A DNA stretch of 64,000 bases from a virus (IMGVR_UViG_3300048502_000133:21431-85430), one strand, 5' to 3'. Shown: positions 18,588-28,335, counted from the first letter of the stretch. Numbers and translations are program-made. The notes: a model not told the origin generated them from the sequence alone.

Positions 18588-19106
18588 CTAGTAGTTCTTC
18601 ACGAGATGCACATGGCCCGACGCGCTCAGGTATGGGTAGAGCCCGCCCGGATCCGGGCCTGCGTAGACCAACACAGAGCCGCGCGTGTTGCTGGAAGCCG
18701 GTATCCCCTCGCCGGGCTCAAATTGAATCCGCCCGTACCAGAAGACCAGCGCGTCGGGCCAGATCCAGAGATCCTTGAACCACCGGGTATCGGTGCTTGA
18801 CGGTACCAGCAGGATCCCACGCTGGAAACTCCCGCGCTCATACTCCTGCCGGAAGCGGTCTACCCATTTCGAGAGGTGCGGCTGCGTGTAGGGCGGATTG
18901 GCGAAAACTGTTCGTGCAGGGGTACCCGGTGCAACGTGCCAGGGGGTCGTGAGCCCGTCTTCTACCGGCGTGTAGTGCCGCTGGGCCGGGATGCGCCGCC
19001 CCATATCCGCGCAGGGGTCCAGCTCAATGCCCCCCAGCGCACGAGAGATGACCTCTACCACGTCCAGCGGCGTGTACCATTGTGTGCGGTCTAGCTTATC
19101 GGACAT
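18588..19106 (-). CDS. Phage DNA N6-adenine methyltransferase
   Basis: QWYTP..IELDPCA..VFANPPY..W...F....ILLVPSSTDTRWF. Confidence 0.88.
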   Translation of the reverse strand: MSDKLDRTQWYTPLDVVEVISRALGGIELDPCADMGRRIPAQRHYTPVEDGLTTPWHVAPGTPARTVFANPPYTQPHLSKWVDRFRQEYERGSFQRGILLVPSSTDTRWFKDLWIWPDALVFWYGRIQFEPGEGIPASSNTRGSVLVYAGPDPGGLYPYLSASGHVHLVKNY

Positions 19107-19356
19107 CAAAGGGCGCCCCTACCAGAAAACCACGCAAGATGCGCAGCTGCCGATGCGCCCGATCGACACAGGCGCGGCGCAAGAATATCTCTATCTGGGT
19201 ATCGTCTGCGAACGCCGCCGCGCGCAGCAGCCCGTATTCCGCGTCAGTGAGTGAGAGCAAAATACGCGGCTCCCGGACAGGGAGACCTTTTTCTCGCTCA
19301 AGCTGGAGCGCGTCCAGCGCTGCACCGACGCGCGCCACCTTCTCTTCCGGCGTCAC
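19096..19356 (-). CDS. Small protein, possible ribbon-helix-helix
   Basis: RILLSLTDAEYGLLRAAA..IEIFLRRA; GTG coupled to upstream stop. Confidence 0.45.
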   Translation of the reverse strand: MTPEEKVARVGAALDALQLEREKGLPVREPRILLSLTDAEYGLLRAAAFADDTQIEIFLRRACVDRAHRQLRILRGFLVGAPFDVR

Positions 19357-19868
19357 GGGTGGAGTTCCCGCAGCGCTTTTTCGAGCAGGTAGCGCGCCTC
19401 TTCGTAGCCCTTGAGATCGCTTTCCTCCGGGCGTGTGTACGGGCGGCTCAGGCAGAGTTCGTGGAGATCCGTCAGCTGTGAGATCGCCCCGAACATCGCC
19501 TGAGTCCAGGCGTTCATGTAAACCGCCAACCGCCAGGTCGTACCGCATCTCCGACATATGCCCACACTCTCTGTCTCTACGGGAAGTTCATGCAACGGCG
19601 CCATGAGATCCAGACACTTCTTGTGGAGCGTGCCCTGCATCAGGGAGTTACACGCCCGCAGTGCCGCCGCACGCCGCATCAGCATATGGAGCGCGTCCGG
19701 CCCATCCTGGGCGGGAAGCGTTGCCTCCACTGCGGCGTCAAGAAAAATTGTTTCCTGGGCCAGCATCCCGAACCGGGTATAGCAGGCAAACAAGATCGCG
19801 CTGATCTCCGGATCTCCACCAGCGAGACGCAGCGCCGCCATGCGCACGCGCGCTACCTCTAACGTCAC
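19353..19868 (-). CDS. Hypothetical protein
   Basis: Coupled ORF with CRRC. Confidence 0.55.
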   Translation of the reverse strand: MTLEVARVRMAALRLAGGDPEISAILFACYTRFGMLAQETIFLDAAVEATLPAQDGPDALHMLMRRAAALRACNSLMQGTLHKKCLDLMAPLHELPVETESVGICRRCGTTWRLAVYMNAWTQAMFGAISQLTDLHELCLSRPYTRPEESDLKGYEEARYLLEKALRELHP

Positions 19869-20437
19869 CCCTCTTCACCCTCCGACTCCGATTGCGTCAT
19901 GCCGTAATACCCCAGGATGCTGGTTGCCGCCTCCCGAAGCAGCCAGGCGGCAGTTGCCTTTTCCTCCGGACTTGCATCCTTGTTCGGGAAGGCACGCAGC
20001 AGTTGACCCAGGAAGGCTGACTTGAACATGTTGTATCGGCACTCCTTGCAGGGCAGAAAGCCCTCCTGCTCCAGGCGCTCCTGCACCTGCCGATACAGAT
20101 CCGCCCGGTACTGTACCCGCCCGGAGCCGGTAAGCTGGCTGGTGATCGCCATGGAGCGCACCGCGCACCCCTTGAGGCAGTTCCCCAGGGCAGCGTCTGC
20201 CAGGCGCTCCAGGTGCTCTACTTCGTCATACATGCGCGCGAACAGCAGGTACCCTGTCACAGAGGGCACGTCCGATCCATCCTTCTGGGCCGCGATAAAT
20301 CGATGCACTACGTCCACGCCCGGCATCAGCTTCTCTGCCGCCGCGCAGACCGTCACAAGGTTGCGTGCTTCCTGGAGGTTTCCTTTGGCCAGAAGCCGTA
20401 TCGCCTCCACCACCTGATCGCTCTGAAGCGTCAGCAT
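19865..20437 (-). CDS. Hypothetical protein
   Basis: 190 aa ORF with CLKGC and CKEC. Confidence 0.6.
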   Translation of the reverse strand: MLTLQSDQVVEAIRLLAKGNLQEARNLVTVCAAAEKLMPGVDVVHRFIAAQKDGSDVPSVTGYLLFARMYDEVEHLERLADAALGNCLKGCAVRSMAITSQLTGSGRVQYRADLYRQVQERLEQEGFLPCKECRYNMFKSAFLGQLLRAFPNKDASPEEKATAAWLLREAATSILGYYGMTQSESEGEEG

Positions 20438-20461
20438 GTCCCCACTCTCCCGTCTGTAGTG

Positions 20462-21244
20462 TTATGCCCAGCGATACCCAAACCGGGCGGCACGCGCCGC
20501 CAGCGATTGCTCCAGTTCGTACTGGTCTTTCCAGGCAGTCAGGATAACCAGCGCCGCCCCGCGTATGCTGAGCTGTGACGCCAGAAGATAGATCCCGCGC
20601 GCCACTGCGGCGCCGTTCAGGAGTACGTCAGTGAAAATCAACGACTTCGCCGCCTGGGCCACGTCTGCGGCATGGGCGTGCGACAGCCCGCGCGCCGTCA
20701 ATGCCCGGACTAACGCGGCGGTGAGATCCCCGGCGCCCGGTACGCCCTTGACACCGTGCTCCAGATACGCCGCCAGGAGGCGCGCGTGGGTAGCGGTGCG
20801 CTCCCCTGCTAGCTGGTGCTCCAGGTCTTTTGCCTTGGTCTTGAGCGAGAGGTGCATGAAGCTAATAGACGCGTGATCCCGCCGCAGCAGGCGCGCCTGG
20901 AGCGCGTTCGGCACGCCCAGCGCCGCCAGCGCCGCGACGAGTTGCTTGCGCGCGTTGACCATCGGCGTCCCGCGCGTCTCGCTGAGTATTGCTTCTACCG
21001 GGATACCTGTCCGGTTCGCGGTCAGGGCGAACACCAGCCGGATCAACATGTCGCGCCGCCGCTGCTGGGCGGCGATGCGCGGTGTCTGGGTGCTGCTTTG
21101 TTCTCGTGCAGTCCGGGTGCCTTCCAGCACCCAGTCAAAATCAGGCAGGGCAGCCAACGTCTCCACCGGCGCCGCGTAGGGATGCGGGATCGGCGCGCAC
21201 TTCAGGGAATTACGATCGTAGCGAAAAGCAACGGCTGCACTCAT
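20462..21244 (-). CDS. Protein with DnaA C-terminal (domain IV)-like HTH
   Basis: TGIPVEAILSETRGTPMVNARKQL..LGVP..QARLLRRDHASI matches the Bac_DnaA_C pattern (RDHTT-like). Confidence 0.6.
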   Translation of the reverse strand: MSAAVAFRYDRNSLKCAPIPHPYAAPVETLAALPDFDWVLEGTRTAREQSSTQTPRIAAQQRRRDMLIRLVFALTANRTGIPVEAILSETRGTPMVNARKQLVAALAALGVPNALQARLLRRDHASISFMHLSLKTKAKDLEHQLAGERTATHARLLAAYLEHGVKGVPGAGDLTAALVRALTARGLSHAHAADVAQAAKSLIFTDVLLNGAAVARGIYLLASQLSIRGAALVILTAWKDQYELEQSLAARAARFGYRWA

Positions 21245-21978
21245 AAAGGCGTTTCTCTCTTGGCGTGGTCATTCAGGATGCGGGCGTACTCCGCCAGCAG
21301 CTCCACTGCGAGTGTCTGGGAGACCTGTGCAGGGAGCGGCGGTACGTCCAGATCCAGTGTTTCCGCGCGCTTGGCCATATTCCGGAGGCGCTGCATCGTG
21401 TCGGCGGAGGCGGCGACAGCGGGGCCTTGCGGCAGAGCAGGGAGATCCGCGCGGCGCCCGATCTGGGCGGGCGGGGTCTGGGGAGATCGCGCACCAGCAG
21501 GATACTGCGGCGCCTGCTGTTTGGGGGTGGGGCTTCCGGCCTGTTGACCGGGCGCCTGGGGGACAGGCTGGGTATCGTGAAAAATCTGCATAACCTGAAC
21601 GGACTCCGTATCGTCTCCCAGCTCATCTGCCGCGACGTAGCCCACGTCCAGGGCGTCTCTGAGCGCGCGTGCTTTGGCGCGCGTCTCTGCCATCCTGATA
21701 ATGTGGGGAACAATACTCTTCCCCACGTTGACGACATTCGCGTCTCCGACACCAGAAAAGCTGCGCTCCGGAAGCGTGTCGGTAGCGGCAAAAACCGCTT
21801 CTGCGGTCATGACTGCCGTACCGCCATTCGTTTCATCCGGGAGCTGGACAACCTTCGTGCTGATGCGGATAAGCCCCTCCTCATGCGCCAGGTGCAGCAG
21901 CCCTGGGTACAGGATTGCAGGCTTGCCCTGCCGCAGCATGATCCACTGTTTGGTCTCCTCTGTCGTTAACGGGCGCAT
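21241..21978 (-). CDS. Probable single-strand annealing recombinase (Rad52/Redbeta-like)
   Basis: GKPAILYPGLL..SFSGVGDA..IRMAETRAKARALRDAL..AADEL core plus Pro/Gln linker and short C-terminal helical domain. Confidence 0.55.
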   Translation of the reverse strand: MRPLTTEETKQWIMLRQGKPAILYPGLLHLAHEEGLIRISTKVVQLPDETNGGTAVMTAEAVFAATDTLPERSFSGVGDANVVNVGKSIVPHIIRMAETRAKARALRDALDVGYVAADELGDDTESVQVMQIFHDTQPVPQAPGQQAGSPTPKQQAPQYPAGARSPQTPPAQIGRRADLPALPQGPAVAASADTMQRLRNMAKRAETLDLDVPPLPAQVSQTLAVELLAEYARILNDHAKRETPL

Positions 21979-22213
21979 CGCGTCCCCCTCTACAGCACCG
22001 CGCACCGCGCACTGTCCCCGCCGGATACACTTCTGGCACGCTAGCCAGTGCGCAACTTGCTGGCACCGCCACTATACACCTGTTGAAGTAAGAATACAAT
22101 AGAAGATAGACGTGTAAAGTAGAATAAAACAGAATGGAGTATTGTAGTGTGCTATGGTATAGTGCTTCTACGCGCGGGTATCCCGGTGCGTAGAAGGAAA
22201 GAGGGGAGAGCAT

Positions 22214-22579
22214 GTGAGCGCGCAGGCAGCACAACTTGCCCGCAAGGATATACCTGCGGGCGACTGGACACCAGAGGCGATCGTCACCATCAAAGAGATA
22301 GAGGAGGTGCTGGGCATCCCGAACGCCACTGTCTACCGCTGGAAAAGAGCCGGGCTTATCGAGGCGCGCATCCCGTTAGGGGTTCGCCGCTACGGGCTCC
22401 AGATAAGCGTGCGGAGTTTACACAGAGCGCTCCTGAGCCTTTCGGAGGATCGCGGCGTGGCTGCAGCCCGCCTTGAGCGCTATGTACATGCCAGAGAGCA
22501 CGCGATCGCGGTACGGGGAGGGCAGCGGCTTCTCTCGCCGGTCTTCCTCCCGGACTGGTTGGCGGCGAACCCCCAATAA
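22214..22579 (+). CDS. HTH DNA-binding protein (excisionase/MerR-like)
   Basis: VTIKEIEEVLGIPNATVYRWKRAGLI; divergent from early operon across an AT-rich intergenic region. Confidence 0.75.
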   Translation: MSAQAAQLARKDIPAGDWTPEAIVTIKEIEEVLGIPNATVYRWKRAGLIEARIPLGVRRYGLQISVRSLHRALLSLSEDRGVAAARLERYVHAREHAIAVRGGQRLLSPVFLPDWLAANPQ

Positions 22580-22618
22580 AGATGAGACGCGCGGCGGTGC
22601 TGACCGCGCGCCCCAAGA

Positions 22619-23755
22619 ATGATCCATCGCCACACGATGCAACGGGTCCACAGGTGGAGACAGGAACCCGCTGCACCAGGAGTACTCTTCCAGGATACGT
22701 GGCGCCTCATAAGGGCGCAACCCTTTGCCTGGAATTGCCTCTTGCTGCGGGCGTCGTTTGGCCGGAAAGTACAACGACTGATGCAACAGGATATAGATAT
22801 TCATGCACCGGCGCCCTCCCTTACAACGGAGCTTCGTCAGCGTCTGATGCAGGTAGGACTGAGCAAGTCACGCGCAAACGCCCTGGTACTCGCGTTTGAC
22901 CCGGACGTAATAGAACAGCAGCTCAACTGGCTCCCGGAGCGCCCCCACGTCAACAACCCCGGCGCGTACATAGAGACCGCGATCAGGGGGAATTTTGATC
23001 CCCCAGGAGCGCGCCCAGGAAGACGGGCGCCCGTACGAGACACCGCTATAGACCCGCAGAAATACATCACCGGCAAAGTCGCCTTTTGTCCCACCTGCGG
23101 CGCGCGGCCCTGCTGCTGTGCCGATCTCGACTCCGTTGACTGGAGCAACCCTACGGCGCTCTTACACGTAGCAACGGATAGCGTCTCCAGAGAGCAAGAA
23201 GTCAACCCGCCTATCCAGGGTGTGCATAACCTGGGGGAAAGCGTACAGAACTCTGGGGATAGTTTTGTCCCTCCTACGCCACCGGCGCCCGCCCCCCTAG
23301 AAGAGAAGAAGCGCGGACAAGGTACGCGACCGCGCACCGATACGGCCCGCCCAGGCCACGCGACTATCCAGCCCGCCCAGCCCGCCCCGGAACCTGTACC
23401 GGCGCTGTCCAGTGCGGAAGAAGAGCCCGGAGAGTCCTCCCGCGCACAGCGCCTTGTCGTTGACGACCCGATACTGGCCGGACACTTCACTATTTTTACC
23501 GAAGCCCTCATGTACGAACCGGATCTGAGCGCTGCGGCGAAGTACACCTTGCTCTGCCTGCTGCAATATCATCGGCGCGGCGGCGGTGTATTTCCCGGAA
23601 GAGCAGAGCTGGCCCGCGTGATCCAGGTCACCGAAAAGACCCTGCGAGGGTATCTACAAGAGCTAATAGACAAGAAATATCTAAAAATAGAGAAGGGCTT
23701 CGGATCGCCCAGCACCTACGTGGTGCTCTACAATACAGCGCCGACCAATCGGTAA
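22619..23755 (+). CDS. Replication initiator-like protein (C-terminal winged HTH)
   Basis: LSAAAKYTLLCL..VFPGRAELARVIQVTEKTLRGYLQELIDKKYL (HTH_36-like); VNNPGAYI motif in N-terminal half; iterons immediately downstream. Start uncertain. Confidence 0.7.
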   Translation: MIHRHTMQRVHRWRQEPAAPGVLFQDTWRLIRAQPFAWNCLLLRASFGRKVQRLMQQDIDIHAPAPSLTTELRQRLMQVGLSKSRANALVLAFDPDVIEQQLNWLPERPHVNNPGAYIETAIRGNFDPPGARPGRRAPVRDTAIDPQKYITGKVAFCPTCGARPCCCADLDSVDWSNPTALLHVATDSVSREQEVNPPIQGVHNLGESVQNSGDSFVPPTPPAPAPLEEKKRGQGTRPRTDTARPGHATIQPAQPAPEPVPALSSAEEEPGESSRAQRLVVDDPILAGHFTIFTEALMYEPDLSAAAKYTLLCLLQYHRRGGGVFPGRAELARVIQVTEKTLRGYLQELIDKKYLKIEKGFGSPSTYVVLYNTAPTNR

Positions 23756-23950
23756 AAATTACCGCTTTACACCATTTCGGTAGATTCTACCGAAATGGCA
23801 AAAAAGGGCCATTTTGAGGGCTCTCCATTTCGGTAGATTCTACCGAAATGATCGGTAGTTTTTACCGGATCACTATTTATACATATATATACATATAGGT
23901 ACGATCGATCGATCGCGCGAAGAGACCAACAAGCGGCGGTAGAAACTACC
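23747..23950. repeat. Probable replication origin: palindromic iterons, AT-rich tract, GATC cluster
   Basis: Two identical 25-bp palindromes CATTTCGGTAGA-T-TCTACCGAAATG (23773-23797, 23826-23850), three degenerate CGGTA..TACC copies, TATTTATACATATATATACATATA, three tandem GATC (23903-23914). Confidence 0.8.
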
Positions 23951-23974
23951 ACTCCCGGAGCGTCCCTTTTTACC

Positions 23975-24005
23975 CGTTGCAACACCCCCCGCGATACCGT
24001 ATGCT
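23975..24005 (+). promoter_or_regulatory. Promoter whose -35 box is the operator core
   Basis: CGTTGCAACA with TTGCAA(23977)-N17-TATGCT(24000). Confidence 0.7.
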
Positions 24006-24053
24006 AAGGGCAGGCCCGGCGTGCGCCCGGCACTAGAAGGAAAGAGGAAGCAC

Positions 24054-24542
24054 ATGGAAACTTTTGAGTATGGAGATGGTCTCCACGTAGAAGCCCAGGA
24101 TCTCACCGCCGATCAAGACCCGATGCTGGCGGGTCCGTACGGCGTCCCCTTTGACGAGACCGTCACCATGGCAGCGGATTGGCTGGGGTACCAGCTCCGC
24201 GATCTGCTGGATCTGGTGCATCGGCTGTTCCCGCTCCTCCCGCTCCTCCCGCTCCGCTCCCAGGACGTAACCCTGGTTATCCAGCCGGACAAGGGGCGGA
24301 TCTTCCTTCGCCACGAAACCGGCCTGATGGTCTACGTCTGCATCACAGAGAACACGAGTGAGTCCACCTCCTGGTCACGTTCCTTCGCCCTATCGGAGCG
24401 CGCCCATGACGGCAACAGCAGCCCGGAGTACGTCCGACAGCGGGCGCTGGCACTGGCGGCGGCGATCACCTCTCAGGAGGTGGAGCGCCAGGGCGATAGC
24501 ATCCCGGTACCCACGCACGCCCCCCACTACATGGATAACTGA
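24054..24542 (+). CDS. Hypothetical protein
   Basis: ATG with GAGGA RBS after promoter. Confidence 0.6.
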   Translation: METFEYGDGLHVEAQDLTADQDPMLAGPYGVPFDETVTMAADWLGYQLRDLLDLVHRLFPLLPLLPLRSQDVTLVIQPDKGRIFLRHETGLMVYVCITENTSESTSWSRSFALSERAHDGNSSPEYVRQRALALAAAITSQEVERQGDSIPVPTHAPHYMDN

Positions 24543-24571
24543 TTTTCCCCGGTTTTCCCTCTGGCACATGC

Positions 24572-24600
24572 TTGACACGCGTTGCAACGTATGGTACGAT
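24572..24600 (+). promoter_or_regulatory. sigma70 promoter with CGTTGCAACG operator
   Basis: TTGACA-cgCGTTGCAACGtatgg(17)-TACGAT. Confidence 0.9.
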
Positions 24601-24665
24601 GCTCTTGTCAAGTGAAACACGAGTGAGACGGTGAAGCGCTCACTCCAAGAAGGAGGACGGTAAAC

Positions 24666-25883
24666 GTGACCGCAATATCTACCCTTACAGCCGTACCGGC
24701 GCCCGCCACCACGCCAGCTCAGGTGATCCGCCAGGTTGAAAACGACCTGAACAGCGTACTGATCGAGCGTCAGCCCGTTGTCCGTCTTCTGCTGGCCTGT
24801 GCGGTCGCCGGGCAGCACCTCTGCCTGCTGGGGCAGCCCGGTACGGCGAAGACGTTTCTGGTAGACCAGTTCGCCCGCCGGGTGATTGACCCTGCCAACA
24901 CGCCGAACGTGATTCCGATGTTCGATGTGCTCATGAGCAAGTTCACCACGCCGGAAGAGATCTTCGGGCCGGTCAATGTCGCGGCGCTCAAGAACGGCGC
25001 CTACGAGCGGGTGATCGAAGGCTCCCTCCCGCAGGCCCGCTTCGCCCACCTGGACGAAGGCTGGAAAGCGAACAGCGCGATCATGAACAGCCTGCTGAAA
25101 CTGACCAACGAGCGCAAGTACAAGCATGGTACCCAGTGGCTGGACGCGCCGCTGCAAGCGCTGGTCATCAGTTCCAACGAGATGCCCCAGGAGGACAACC
25201 TGACGGCAATCTGGGATCGCATGGCGTGCCGCGTTGAAGTGCCCAAGCTGTCTCCGGCGGGGCGGCGCGAACTGAACTTCCGGTTCACGCGTCCCGGTGG
25301 CTGGCCGGTACCGGTGCCCCAGGCATACATCACCGTCCAGGAATTGGAGCAGGCCCGCGTTGACGCAAGTTTCCTGCCCGTCTCCGATCAGATTCTAGAC
25401 TCTGCCCTGGAGCTGATCGACGCGGTAGAGCAGAAGGGGGTGCGCGTCTCTGAGCGGCGCCAGGGCATCATGTGGGGCGTCGTCCGGGCTCACGCGTACA
25501 TCGAAGGGCGCCAGGAGGTAGAGCCTGAAGATCTCCAGATCCTGGAACACATTCTGTGGAACGACCTGGGCCAGCGGGTGGAAGTCAGCAAGGCGATCGC
25601 GGATTGTATCGGCAAGTTCGTTTCCGAAGGGAAGAACATTTCTGACTCGCTGGCGGAAGATATGCAGGTGTTCCTGACCAAGCTACCCAAGCTGGACAGC
25701 AAGCAGCGCAGTGTCGAGGCAGGGCTTATGAACGACAAGATCAAGATCGCGATGAAGGCGCTCAAGGCGCTCAAGAACACCGCGATTAACGAGGACCGTT
25801 CGTACGCGACACTGGATCGCTACCTGCAGGAAGCGCGCGGCTTCAACGCGCAAGTGGTCGCGGTCTTCAACGCTCCGGCGTGA
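24666..25883 (+). CDS. MoxR/RavA-family AAA+ ATPase
   Basis: GQPGTAKT Walker A, FTTPEEIFGP, HLDEGWKAN Walker B, ISSNE, WDR, RVSERR. Confidence 0.9.
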   Translation: MTAISTLTAVPAPATTPAQVIRQVENDLNSVLIERQPVVRLLLACAVAGQHLCLLGQPGTAKTFLVDQFARRVIDPANTPNVIPMFDVLMSKFTTPEEIFGPVNVAALKNGAYERVIEGSLPQARFAHLDEGWKANSAIMNSLLKLTNERKYKHGTQWLDAPLQALVISSNEMPQEDNLTAIWDRMACRVEVPKLSPAGRRELNFRFTRPGGWPVPVPQAYITVQELEQARVDASFLPVSDQILDSALELIDAVEQKGVRVSERRQGIMWGVVRAHAYIEGRQEVEPEDLQILEHILWNDLGQRVEVSKAIADCIGKFVSEGKNISDSLAEDMQVFLTKLPKLDSKQRSVEAGLMNDKIKIAMKALKALKNTAINEDRSYATLDRYLQEARGFNAQVVAVFNAPA

Positions 25884-25930
25884 ACGGTGCGAGAGGGGTG
25901 GGCTCTTACAAAGCGCGCCCCTCTGCCCTC

Positions 25931-25959
25931 TTGATAAGCGTTGCAACGTGTGTTATTCT
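25931..25959 (+). promoter_or_regulatory. sigma70 promoter with CGTTGCAACG operator
   Basis: TTGATA-agCGTTGCAACGtgtgt(17)-TATTCT. Confidence 0.88.
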
Positions 25960-25997
25960 CGCTGTAGGTAGTGTTTGCGAGTGGTGGAGGAAGAGAC

Positions 25998-27629
25998 GTG
26001 ACAGAGTTTTTCCGGCAAGTGCGCGACGGAAGCGCGGCAGTCAGTCACTCCGGCTGGGACGTGGCAAGCTATCAGGACGGGCTCCGGGAATTGCCGGGGC
26101 TGGCGGAGGCAATCGAACGCAGCACGCCGCTGCTGGAGACTGCCCCCGGTCTGTTCCGGGATGCCTACTGGCTGGCAAACCAGTGGGTAGACGCCCCCAA
26201 CGCGCAGATCGATCCGGTGGTACCGCTGCAGGGCGGGCATCGTTTGCATCCTGAACTCCTGCGGGAAATGGCCGGTACGACCGAATACCGCAAGCTGCGC
26301 GCCATGGGTACCGCGAATGACCCATTGCTTTCCGCGATCGCTGCCACCGGGCTGGCGGAGGGTATCATCCTGGCACTCCCTGAAAGCGCGAAGGAGAAGA
26401 TCAACCAGGCCCAGCAGCTGCAGGAGCAGTTAGGTCAGCTGCAGCAGGCGGCGAATACGCTCTCCAGCCAGGCTGAAGACCTGGAAGACCTGGCACAGCA
26501 GCTGGAGAACCTGGCACAGCAACAGCCCAGCCCGCAGCATCAGGAGCAGGCGGCAGACGCGGCGGCGGAAGCCTTCGCTGCGGCCCAGCAGGCGGCACAG
26601 GCCCAGCAGCAGGTTGGGGACATGCACGTTGCGATCCAGCAGGTTGCCCTTGAACCAGGCGAAGTGGACCAGACCAGACGCGGCGCCAAACAGGCACTGG
26701 CCCAGGCAGCAGGCGCTATCGAGGAGCTGCAGGAGGGGCAGGAGGCGTTCATGCCCTCCTGGGGGCGTACTGGCCCGGTAGGGGCGACTACCCGACAACC
26801 GGCGGAGGCGATCGCGCTGATGAAGCGCCTCTCCGCTGAACGGCACCTGGCACTGGTTGCGCGTGTTGCCGGGCGGCTCATCCCGTCTGTTCTCGCGGTC
26901 CAGAAGACCAAGATGGACCATAAAGCCGCAAGTATTACCGACATAACGCGCGGTCATGACCTGGAGCGCATGATCACCGGAGAGATGGCCCTGCTGACGG
27001 ATTCCGGGCTGGAAGACCAGTTCTGGGCGAAGTACTCCGATGACGGGCTGCTGCTCTACCAGCAGGAGGAGAAGGTACCCCAGGAACGCGGCCCCATCAT
27101 CGTGGCGATCGATGAGTCAGGCAGCATGGCGGCAGGTATCGGGGACGCGACCCGCCACGCCTGGGCGAAGGCGGCGGCGCTGTCGATTCTCGCGGTCGCC
27201 AGCCGCCAGAAGCGCTGGGTGCGCGTCCTGCTGTTTTCCGATAGCGGCGACCTCGACACGATGGACTTTGATCCACGCCCGAACGGCGATCCCGCGAAAC
27301 GCTGCACGACTGAGCGCCTGCTGGCGCTGGCTAGTCACGATTTTGGCGGCGGCACGTACTACGATGGCTGGATGGCCCGCGCGATTCGTACCGTCACGAA
27401 CGAGCAGCCGAAAGCCGATGTGATCCTCATCTCCGATGGGCTCTGCGGGGTTAGCGACGAAAACCTGAAGCGCTGGAGGAAGCAGCGGGCGGAAAAGGAG
27501 ATGCGGGCATACGCCATTCTCATCGGGTGTACCGATTACATGGGCACCCTGGGCAGGATCTGTGACTCTGTGATGACCCTTGAATCTATCACCCAGGACC
27601 AGGCAGTCCAGACACTCTCCGTAGTCTGA
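25998..27629 (+). CDS. VWA-domain protein (ViaA/CoxE-like) with Gln/Ala coiled-coil
   Basis: GPIIVAIDESGSM MIDAS, FGGGT, DVILISDG; GTG with GGAGG RBS. Confidence 0.9.
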   Translation: MTEFFRQVRDGSAAVSHSGWDVASYQDGLRELPGLAEAIERSTPLLETAPGLFRDAYWLANQWVDAPNAQIDPVVPLQGGHRLHPELLREMAGTTEYRKLRAMGTANDPLLSAIAATGLAEGIILALPESAKEKINQAQQLQEQLGQLQQAANTLSSQAEDLEDLAQQLENLAQQQPSPQHQEQAADAAAEAFAAAQQAAQAQQQVGDMHVAIQQVALEPGEVDQTRRGAKQALAQAAGAIEELQEGQEAFMPSWGRTGPVGATTRQPAEAIALMKRLSAERHLALVARVAGRLIPSVLAVQKTKMDHKAASITDITRGHDLERMITGEMALLTDSGLEDQFWAKYSDDGLLLYQQEEKVPQERGPIIVAIDESGSMAAGIGDATRHAWAKAAALSILAVASRQKRWVRVLLFSDSGDLDTMDFDPRPNGDPAKRCTTERLLALASHDFGGGTYYDGWMARAIRTVTNEQPKADVILISDGLCGVSDENLKRWRKQRAEKEMRAYAILIGCTDYMGTLGRICDSVMTLESITQDQAVQTLSVV

Positions 27630-27639
27630 TCGTTCACGC

Positions 27640-27679
27640 AGCCCCTGTGGCCCTGAAAAAGGCGCTACAGGGGCTTTTC
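27640..27679 (+). terminator. Probable intrinsic terminator
   Basis: AGCCCCTGTGGCC..GGCGCTACAGGGGCT stem followed by TTTT. Confidence 0.65.
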
Positions 27680-27703
27680 CCGTATACGCAGGAGAAAGGG
27701 ACC

Positions 27704-28015
27704 ATGGCCACCTTACAAATGCCCTCAGTGCCTAGAATGGTGCTTTACTACGCGTACGGCACGCCCCATGGGGAGTTCCCCGAAGGCGCTAGGCGCGCCG
27801 CGATTATCACCGAAATAGATGATCCTACCCGCATTGACACTCCCGTAGGGCTCTGTGTCTTGAACCCCACCGGCATGGCGTTTTTGCGTCATGTGCCCTA
27901 CGCCCGCTATCCCGGCGATCCCGGCCACTGGGACTGGCCCCCGTTTGTCGCCGGACTCTCCCTGCCCGATCCCGATCCGGTGGCCCCTGTGCATACGGAC
28001 TGGGGAGAGCTGTGA
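27704..28015 (+). CDS. Conserved small phage protein
   Basis: PSV.RMVLY..AAIITEI..VGLCVLNPTG..V.Y..PG.W.WP pattern common in phages; function unknown. Confidence 0.7.
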   Translation: MATLQMPSVPRMVLYYAYGTPHGEFPEGARRAAIITEIDDPTRIDTPVGLCVLNPTGMAFLRHVPYARYPGDPGHWDWPPFVAGLSLPDPDPVAPVHTDWGEL

Positions 28016-28335
28016 GCACCTACAGGCCCTTGGGTATGCTGATGGTCATGCACTTCTGCGCGCAGTGCGAGACAGGCAGCGCTACCTCCGCCCTGGAGAT
28101 AGCGCGGGCCGATGGGGCTGTGCAGTGCCTGCGGTGTAAAACCTGGAAGTCTGCTGATCCGTCCACGCTGAGAGAAATACAGAAATATCTCACTGAAGCG
28201 CGTCGGCAAGGGTTGACACACGTTGCAACGTATGATACCATTCCTGTAACGGAACCGCAGACACCGGAGGCAGTCCGGGACGGTCCGGGAGCACAGGAGG
28301 CAGCAGATGTTCAAGCCCACGATTACCCCAATTAG
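28012..28335 (+). CDS. Zinc-ribbon protein whose 3' part reads through the next promoter
   Basis: CAQC..CLRC; residues GLTHVATYDTI are encoded by the promoter-operator. Confidence 0.5.
   Translation: MSTYRPLGMLMVMHFCAQCETGSATSALEIARADGAVQCLRCKTWKSADPSTLREIQKYLTEARRQGLTHVATYDTIPVTEPQTPEAVRDGPGAQEAADVQAHDYPN
28213..28241 (+). promoter_or_regulatory. sigma70 promoter with CGTTGCAACG operator
   Basis: TTGACA-caCGTTGCAACGtatga(17)-TACCAT. Confidence 0.9.

Noticed and set aside
22030-22070. CTGGCAC/GCCAG repeats in the divergent promoter region as a second operator set
   Set aside because: Short GC-rich matches with inconsistent spacing; not distinguishable from chance without footprinting.
23167-23176. 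Extra operator CGTAGCAACG inside the initiator gene
   Set aside because: Imperfect, inside coding sequence, and without flanking -35/-10 boxes at the usual spacing; may be chance.
23767-23985. 72-aa minus-strand ORF over the origin
   Set aside because: Its sequence is dictated by palindromic iterons and the AT tract; no RBS.
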